Below, piece after piece: positions 55,775 through 64,000 of a DNA stretch of 64,000 nucleotides; within the stretch, counting starts at the first letter, position 1; each line of letters begins with the position of its first letter. Source of the DNA: Eledone cirrhosa (taxonomy: Eukaryota); contig OZ024745.1 in NCBI GenBank assembly GCA_964016885.1, forward strand, positions 58,280,001 to 58,344,000, given 5' to 3'. A program made the position numbers and the translations under genes. Under the pieces are notes generated by a model. It made no database searches. It worked only from the letters and a program-made list of their open reading frames with translations, and had not been told where the DNA came from.

Positions 55775-56085
55775 AAAGATCATGTTTGTATCCGGTCTTT
55801 TAGGAAAGTGTATATGTGAATCATATAAGAAATTTTTGGTATTGCCAATATTGGGATTTGTAAAAATTGGAGTATTTAAAAAGACGTTTTGAAAGTATAT
55901 ATATGCTTGAGTGGATGATAGTTTGAATATTGATATTTTTGAATGTATAGTATGTACATATGCTTGTGTGAATGATATAGGAAACAGTGTCAATATTGCT
56001 ATTTAAAAGCTGATGTATATGACAGATGAGTGTAATGATTGTCAGTATGGAATTTAGGATAATATATTCAAGTAGCATTTTGTAA
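55775..56085 (-). pseudogene. Highly decayed CR1/L2-like RT fragment
   Basis: Across frames: KMLLEYIILNSI ... IYFQNVF ... TFLKDRIQT (resembles K.LE.II, .YLDF.KAF, FL..R.Q.V). Confidence 0.4.
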
Positions 56086-56362
56086 AACCTGTTGGAAGGC
56101 GCCTGGCTTAGTGTTTAGAGAATTTGATTCGGTCATCCTGAGGTTGTGAGTTCGATTCCCAAATCTGATGATTTATTACATCTGGAAGCAAAACGCTTTG
56201 TTTTACGTTTCTCTTTCTGCCAGGAGTTACAGCTGTCTGGCATTCTCAACATCACTTAGATATATGTGATATGTTAACAAAGAAAACGAGAGAAAACTAC
56301 TTTTTTCATTACAAAAGAATATGTGTTCCTTGATATGCAAGTCTCTCATACGTTTGTTTATA

Positions 56363-56965
56363 CTAGCAGTGGTAGCCGGCGTTGCACGGGATAATGTATT
56401 TTGGAACGCGGACCGCCAACAGACTTAATCGTGGAAAAACTGCATGCCTGGACAATATGTAAAGAAAATAAACCGAATACACTGATGGCTGGATAATCTT
56501 TAAGATTTTCCTCGATAAAGAAGGAAAAATGCAGGTTTTCACCTAATGCGGGCCCTGGGGGATCAAGAAAATGAATTTTTTTATGTGCATAATATGCCTT
56601 AAAATTTGGGGAAAACGGCTCGATTTAACGCCTCAAAAAAGCCCTAAATAGCTGAAAAAATAAAGTTTTTCACCTAATGCGGGCCCTAGGCCATAAGAAA
56701 GTTGGATTTTCTTTGCTTACGGTGTGAAGAAGAGACTGACTAATACATAGTTACAATTTCAAGGAAATCGGTCTGACGTAACGCCTCAAAAAATCCCTAA
56801 AAATCTTTAAAAACGCAGTTTTTCACCTAATGCGGGCTCTGGGAGATGAAAAAAAGTTGAATTTTTTTATGTGCCTAACACTCCTTGAAAAATAAGTAAT
56901 ACACATGTAAAGTTTGAAAAAAATCGGTTGGGTACTTCTCGAGTTTTAAGGATTCAAACTCACAG

Positions 56966-56998
<33 letters not shown>

Positions 56999-57299
56999 TC
57001 CTCAGGGAAGTGACGTAATGCAGACAGCCAGACATACAGACAGATATTATAAGGGCGCGATGTTATATGTATGTATCTATCTAAAAAGAGAAAGACTAAG
57101 AATTATAGAGAGAGATCGCTAAATCGCCTAATGCGGTCCCTAGGGCATTGGAAATTTGAAATTGTTTTTGCTCAGAACACTCCCTGAAACAAGTATTACA
57201 TGTGTAAAGTTTGAAAACAGTTGGTTTGGTGGTTCTCGAGTTTTAGGGATTCGAACTCACACACACACAGACAGACATCCTCAGTTTTATATATATAGA
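56363..57299 (-). mobile_element. Non-autonomous Helitron
   Basis: Minus 5' end TCTATATATATAAAA; 3' end GC-rich hairpin-like CCCGTGCAACGCCGG followed by CTAG|T; internal about 125-140-bp subrepeats (TTTTCACCTAATGCGGGC). Confidence 0.78.
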
Positions 57300-58228
57300 C
57301 TAGCAGAATCGCCCGGCGTTACTCGGGATTTGCTCTAGGGTTCTTATATATTTGATATATATTTATCCTTATTGAGCCTCGTGAAATAAATACGTTTATT
57401 TATATTTTGTTATTGTGTATGCAAAAATATCTGTACACGAATATTTTATTATATATATATCTATATATCTAAAACAGAGAATGTCTGTCTGTCTATCTGT
57501 CAGCTCACTAAAACTTGAGAACCACCCAACTGATTGTTTTCAGACTTTACACATGTAATACTTATGGTCCTGTGAGTGTTTGAGCAAAAGATATTTCAAA
57601 TTTTCAATGCCCTAGGGACCGCATTAAGCGATTTAGCGATCTCTCTCTATAATTCTTAGTCTTTCTTTTTAGATAGATACATAGATATAACGTTGCGCCC
57701 TTATAATATCTGTCTGTATGTCTGGCTGTCTGCATTACGTCATTATGACGCGATCAGTGTGTGTGTGTATATATATGTATCGTAATGCAGACAGCAAGAC
57801 ATATAGCTTTCCTTCCCCTCTTCCAGCGTCTCTCGCTCTCTCTCTCTCTCTCCCGCTATCCCCCTCTTTTAGTCTGTCTGTTTCTTTCACTCTCACTCTT
57901 TCTCTTTATAACTCACTCACATTAATACTAAAGGGTTAAGGTATTGTTCTCAAAATAAATAATATTAAATCTATGAGATGTTTATATTATGTGAGATAAA
58001 GACTCTACCATGAAAATAATATAGTATATATAGAGTAATGTAAATGCTATAGGGTTAATTACATCACACCATGTGAGAGAGTTTATAATCACCCACGCAC
58101 ACATACACACTCACGTATGCAAACTCATACAAACTCACACACACGCGCGCACGTACACACACACGCAATAGTTATTCCACTGTCATGTATCTTTGACGCA
58201 TACAACTCTCAAAAGACGGCGTCTGTCA

Positions 58229-58289
<61 letters not shown>

Positions 58290-58659
58290 CTATCCCCCTC
58301 TTTTAGTCTGTCTGTTTCTTTCACTCTCACTCTTTCTCTCTGTAACTCGTTCACATTTCTCCCCTCTATCGAAAAACGCTGTGACGAATGGGGAGAAGGA
58401 GGAGGAGTAGAGAGCCACTTCTTCACTTCGCCTCTCCGTTTCTTTCTCTCCCCTCTCACTCCCTCATTATGTACAGACATTGGCCACTTCACTAATTCGA
58501 TCCCTAGGTCAGAATAATTTGAAATTTTTTTTTGCTCAAAACACTTCCGGTGCCATACGGGTTACATGTGTAAAGTTTGAAAAAAAAAAGGGTTGGGTTC
58601 TTCTCGAGTTTTAGGGAAACAGACACACAGACAGAAATCCTCTGTTTTATATATATAGA
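57300..58659 (-). mobile_element. Second Helitron in tandem, with a nested plus-strand relative starting at 57460
   Basis: 3' end CCCGAGTAACGCCGGG..CTAG abuts the TC of the first element; 5' end A|TCTATATATATAAAA at 58659. 57460-57745 is an inverted relative of 57010-57299. Confidence 0.68.
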
Positions 58660-59354
58660 TAATCATAGAGTGTATGCTTTCGTAAACGCCCCTATGATGT
58701 CATAGTTGTATGAGATATATAAAAGTCTCTAATTCGCATTGATATAATGAATTTGTAGACATACATGTTAATAAGATTTTAAAATAGATTCATCCGAACA
58801 TATGTGCCCCGTCAGTCTCAAAGGGGTCTAAAAGAAAAAAAAATTTCATTAAAATAATAATAGATATGAATAAATCATTTAAGCATTTATGTAGAATTAA
58901 CAGAAAATCGGACAATATGCTTTGTGGTATTTAGTCACCGCTTTTACGTTCTGAGTATCATTTATATCCAGCCGATATAAACTTTGTCTTTAATTCTTGT
59001 GTTTGGTCAATAAAAATGTACCAGTCACATACTGGATTTAATCAACTATATACTCGTCTAAAACTTAGATCTATGTTATAAATATTATTTTATGAATAAA
59101 TCATTTAAACTAGTGATTTATTGGATTATCTGTTCTTTACTTGTAAGTTTACCACCTCAATTTCGCGTCTAAGATTTTGGAAATAATTACTTGACTTTTA
59201 ATTCAATAAAGTGTAAATATTTATTTATGTCTAAATGAAAATCTACACCGTATGTGTCAACAGTATGTATGCAGTTCAACGGCTTTTTCAATATATTTAC
59301 TAAGGCCGTGTTTAATTTATTGATTATTTCTAAGATCACTCTTTAATAATCAAC

Positions 59355-59425
<71 letters not shown>

Positions 59426-59473
59426 GATATAACTTTATATGTATATATGTATATATATATATATGCGTGTGAG

Positions 59474-59521
<48 letters not shown>

Positions 59522-59575
59522 CGTGTGGTGTATGTGCGTATAGAGACGTGGCGATGTACGTGAAGGGAATGTATA

Positions 59576-59627
<52 letters not shown>

Positions 59628-60176
59628 AGTATGTGTACAGACGTGCATCCAAGCACGCAGGAATGTGTGTTTAGAATGTCTGAACTCCGATAACATTGGA
59701 GCAATATTTAGCTTGCAAGAAAGGGAAATTTATAATGAGATTGCACCAAAAGACTACAAATCTGGCCGTTAGTTCTTAGACCAACACAGCTGTCTATAAA
59801 AATTAAGTTTACTAACAGATTCCCTTCATTCTATTAACTCTATCCGTCTCACATGAATATTCCAATTTTCATCCTTTACCCGTTTAGCATTACAGAACAA
59901 GATGAAAAGTGATAAGGATAAGAACGATCGTACATAAAATATATCCAAAAGTACGTTTTAATGAGCACTGAATAATTCTTAAAATGAAAATATCATTACA
60001 AGCCAACTAGATATCTTGTTTATTCAGAAACACTAACTTTATATGTCTGGTAAATTGGTTTGGCTATTTTAAGGGGTTTGTTATTTTAGTGATTTATTTT
60101 TCAATAGCAGCTTTCCTACCCGCTGTTGATTTAGTATCGACTTCTTTTACACATACGTACATACGTATAAACGTAT

Positions 60177-60269
<93 letters not shown>

Positions 60270-60901
60270 TATACACACACAAAAATTTAATATACGCTAT
60301 CGGAACGTATATTGTATTTATGCATCCCTGTGTTTATTTTGTTTTATTTGTTCAACTATATATATGTATATATATATATATATATATACCGTGTTATTTA
60401 TGGAGCCATTAAAGGAATGCTGGTCTCATTGACATCATATTCCGCTGCTATTCTGACTCATTCTTTCCAACTTACCAAAAGAATCAGAATAAAATTTCAA
60501 CTGAAAGAAAATAAGGATTGAAACAATTTTAGCTTAGCACATTTTATTATCGTGTTACAATTGACTTTATATGTTCAGGCGAAATGAGAGCGATGTATTA
60601 ATGTCTCTAACGGAAGTATTAGTTAAGTGATTGAAATGGTATTACAACAAACGAGAATGAAAACCGTGACTGGGGATTTACCCATCATGAATGTACTCGT
60701 CGCTCTACAGTAATGAAAGGTTGTCATTTGTAATGCAAGTTTCCACGGCTGGCTTTTTATAACCGGAGTTGCCTTTACTTATATAAAATAAAATAAATTA
60801 TTGCCCTGTTTTAGGAGTAGAGGTCTCTCAATAGATAATATTTCTAACCTGCAAAACATACACCAATTTATACCTTACAACAACTATGCATGTATCTATA
60901 A

Positions 60902-60962
<61 letters not shown>

Positions 60963-61100
60963 TATATGTGCAAAAGTTTTATTTAAAATTGTTGGGTTAC
61001 AACAAGTAAATATTTTATAACTGATATAAAGCACTCGACAAGTTTTTGGAGTAGATATACGATATTAAACAAATGGAAACTATATTTATAAAACCATATT

Positions 61101-61166
61101 TATTTCATTATACATATTTCGGGGATACCATATTAAAAATATGGCATGCCTTCGTCAGATAAAATA
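61101..61166 (-). ncRNA. Type I hammerhead ribozyme (left arm)
   Basis: Reverse complement of 61300-61365. Confidence 0.83.
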
Positions 61167-61299
61167 CAATATATAAACAGTTTTATAAATAATTTTGACG
61201 TACCATAAATATGAGCGACCATACCAAACCAGCATCCTACATAATGGTCGCTCATATCTATGGTACGTCAAAATTATTTATAAAACTGTTTATATATTG

Positions 61300-61365
61300 T
61301 ATTTTATCTGACGAAGGCATGCCATATTTTTAATATGGTATCCCCGAAATATGTATAATGAAATA
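61300..61365 (+). ncRNA. Type I hammerhead ribozyme (right arm)
   Basis: TATTTTAT-CTGACGA-aGGcATGCCATATT ttt AATATGGTATcCCc-GAAA-TATGTA-TA-ATGAAATA. Confidence 0.83.
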
Positions 61366-61405
61366 AATATGGTTTTATAAATATAGTTTCCATTTGTTTA
61401 ATATC

Positions 61406-61440
<35 letters not shown>

Positions 61441-61446
<6 letters not shown>

Positions 61447-61537
61447 TGAGATTCTACAGGACTAGAACTGTTTCATTCTTTAGAAATCATCATTCTAAAG
61501 AATGAAACAGTTCTAGTCCTGTAGAATCTCATCTATA
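61441..61537. repeat. Perfect 45-bp hairpin folded at an HHR-like core; related single copy at 47880-47925
   Basis: Arms 61441-61485 and 61493-61537. Minus: ATGATGA-tTTC taaa GAAt-GAAA-CAGTTC-TA. Confidence 0.8.
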
Positions 61538-61615
61538 TTAAAACTTTTATACTCTGCAATGTATTGAGTACCTTACTTACTGTGGTTACCTCCGATTCAA
61601 CCCGGAATAACGTAC

Positions 61616-61655
<40 letters not shown>

Positions 61656-61913
61656 ATACTTTGGGAGGGTCATGTTGCCAATAAGAAACACACGCACCAG
61701 TTGCTTTCACTTCAATTTATTATAATAAATTTATAAATTTAGGAATTTATAAATTTCCGGTTGGTTGGTTGGTTGGTTCCACAACCAGATGATTGTTTAT
61801 ATATTGTCAAAGTTCTTTCGTCACACATTATGTGACCTCTTCAGTGACTGGGGATTCTTTTCTTTGTTTTTGTGCCTCTCCTTTGTTCTGTCCTACGCCA
61901 TCTTGTGTTTGTG

Positions 61914-61972
<59 letters not shown>

Positions 61973-62281
61973 TTACCTTCAACACATAACGGTTGCTACC
62001 GCTGGTTTCCAACGGTGCATATGGCTTTGATTGTGCATCTGCACATCCACATGTGAAATTTTCGTTCAGGCAATTGCAACCAAAGATAACCAACGGCATT
62101 AAAACGAGATCTCATCAGGTGCACGATTGGGTGATCCTAAGTCTTACTTATTTTTTTTTTTTTCTAATGCAGGAGGGGGAATAACGTTTGCTAATATGTG
62201 TTGAAGATAACTATTTTAGCTCTCTACTTCGCATAGAGCGCTATGTTCTCTTTATCTGTTCTACAGAACCCTTTAACACTA

Positions 62282-62353
<72 letters not shown>

Positions 62354-62689
62354 TCTACAGCTCGAAATTATTTCGACGCCTAAGCAATCATTCTTTCTGG
62401 TTTTAAATTGTCTATTCTCATCAAACGAAACTGTAGTTCGGATACGCACTCTTATGTTCAATTTACACATAATATGTATATATCTAACTTTGCATAACTC
62501 TATCAAAGAACTGTATTGAACACTTTTATAACTTTCTTCCTCACAATATCATATGCAATATGGAGTGGCTTCCACGGGGCGGTTCAGCATTGTCAACTAA
62601 CGGAATCATTACAAATAAAAGTAACCAATGAATCGAATATGAAATATATTCCAGTTCTAACCAGGATTGTCTATTCATAAATACTCATT

Positions 62690-63290
62690 GAAAAAAGAAC
62701 ACCGCCAAGAAGACAAATAGTCCCGGATTCAAACCCCGAATTTTCCCAAGAGAATACAGACTTAAATGCATTGGAAAATGTCCTAATTAGTTTAATAAAA
62801 ATATAGAATTAAAACAGAAAGGATGACTGCTACAAATGGTAATTTCAAGATTATATATGTCCACAACAAAATCTATTCATATTTGCAAAAACAAAAGAAA
62901 CGAGCTACACAGGGAAGCACAACAGGTAGAGACAAAGCGTTATATTCACAACAAACAGAATTGTTTCGTAACAAAAGTAATTTTCATTTACACAAAGGAA
63001 GAACAAGGCCAGGTTCAAAACGTCAAAATTGTATACTCATTAATTCTATATAGATTAATGCTGCATCATTTACTACGTGGTTTAATGGCAGTGAAAACAA
63101 ATATGAATGTAGATTTATTCAATTCGACATCATGAACTATTATTCCCTCTAAGCTCGGCTTTTCTTCTAAAAGCATCTAATAAGCGAGAAGATACACACA
63201 TATCACATACGATGACATTGAGGTCGTTAAGCATGGCATGAGATTGATGTCTTTTATTTAACTCAAGCTGGGATACGAAAGACGGAACTG
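62690..63290 (+). pseudogene. Decayed Penelope-like element reverse transcriptase (N-terminal half)
   Basis: Across frameshifts: DLNALENVLISLIK ... FIYTKE ... RQNCILINS ... TTWFNGSENKYECRFIQFDIMNYY.PS..LLKA..RRYTHITYDDIEVVKH. This matches my recollection of the PLE RT pattern AFITLKDHK..CRLINP..WF..F.QFDI..FYPSI. Confidence 0.65.
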
Positions 63291-63369
63291 GTGGTTTGGA
63301 TATCACTACAGGTAGTTTTGATGGATCTGAAATCTGATAATAGATTTGTTCCAGCTAAACAAATATGAG

Positions 63370-63676
63370 AGTTCTTTTAATGGTATTAACATGGACATGT
63401 AGAGAAAATGATTAGCAACAAGGTCGGATGTAAGGTTGCTGCCTTTATGAAAGAACTCATTATACAGCGTTTCAGTCTGAGGTGAAAGCAAAGCAAATCT
63501 TCGAATGATCAATTATGTGGACGTTTTACTAGTTTCAATCATGGGCAGCGTCTACACTGGGGCACCACCTTCCAGTGTTTTACTCTATGAATTATTTCTG
63601 TCTGGTACTTATTTAAGTAATCTCTAAACTTTTATCTATTTTTTAACCAGGCCACTGTGTTTGAACATACAATGCT

Positions 63677-63715
<39 letters not shown>

Positions 63716-64000
63716 GCAAAGTTTTTATGCCATAGCAATAAATTCAAGGAAGAAATCTTTTCATTACTTAGATGCAGATGTTGGCTCAATAGACATTTTC
63801 AATCAGTCGATAATTCTAATAGATTTTCTTTGCTTCTGCAGTAAAAGATCTTAAAAGAAAAATACAAAGTGGTTTAACTTTTTCACTGTCTTGAATTCAC
63901 ATCTGTTGCATTCACCATCATCTGCAAATTTGATGGTGTGCCATCACAGTTTCCTGGTTAGCTAGTGATCAGCAATAAAATTGAGTAAGATATCAATAGT
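63370..64000 (-). pseudogene. Decayed CR1/Jockey-like LINE 3' portion
   Basis: Minus: HTIKFADDG near 63910-63940; KQRKSIRII near 63820; QTETLYNEFF..SNL..DL..NHF near 63400-63480. Confidence 0.4.

Larger units (their letters stand above)
61055..61411. mobile_element. Fold-back element (about 168-bp arms, 21-nt spacer) with one hammerhead per arm
   Basis: 61055-61222 is the reverse complement of 61244-61411; followed by (TA)n. Confidence 0.9.

Noticed and set aside
56100-56165. tRNA gene
   Set aside because: Has A/B boxes but no complete cloverleaf; it is a SINE head like 13765-13878.

Overview
AT-rich, microsatellite-saturated animal DNA. The SINE family and repeat landscape resemble a coleoid cephalopod such as octopus (inference). 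No host gene could be supported, and almost all long ORFs in the track are artefacts of (TA)n, (CA)n, (CAT)n, (AAC)n or an 11-bp minisatellite. Retroelement debris: three R4/Dong-like RT+REL elements stacked in (CATA)n (28.9-34.0 kb), a Tx1/L1-like 3' end in (GATA)n, RTE and CR1/L2-like fragments, many copies of one SINE family, and Penelope-like (PLE) GIY-YIG and RT remnants. Tandem non-autonomous Helitrons and an 88-bp hAT-like MITE are also present. The main hidden signal is a diverse set of type I hammerhead ribozymes (HHR), read by eye: stem I - CTGANGA or TTGANAA - stem II - GAAA - palindromic stem III - TH - stem I'. At least 8 unrelated sequence families carry them. They occur in tandem monomers of 467, 521 and 591 bp (retrozyme-like or tandem PLE pseudo-LTRs). 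They also occur in fold-back elements in or next to (TA)n tracts, always with the minus-strand copy on the left and the plus-strand copy on the right. Several have unusually long stem II inserts, a mismatched first stem II pair, or a variant core. Cleavage activity is predicted, not shown.
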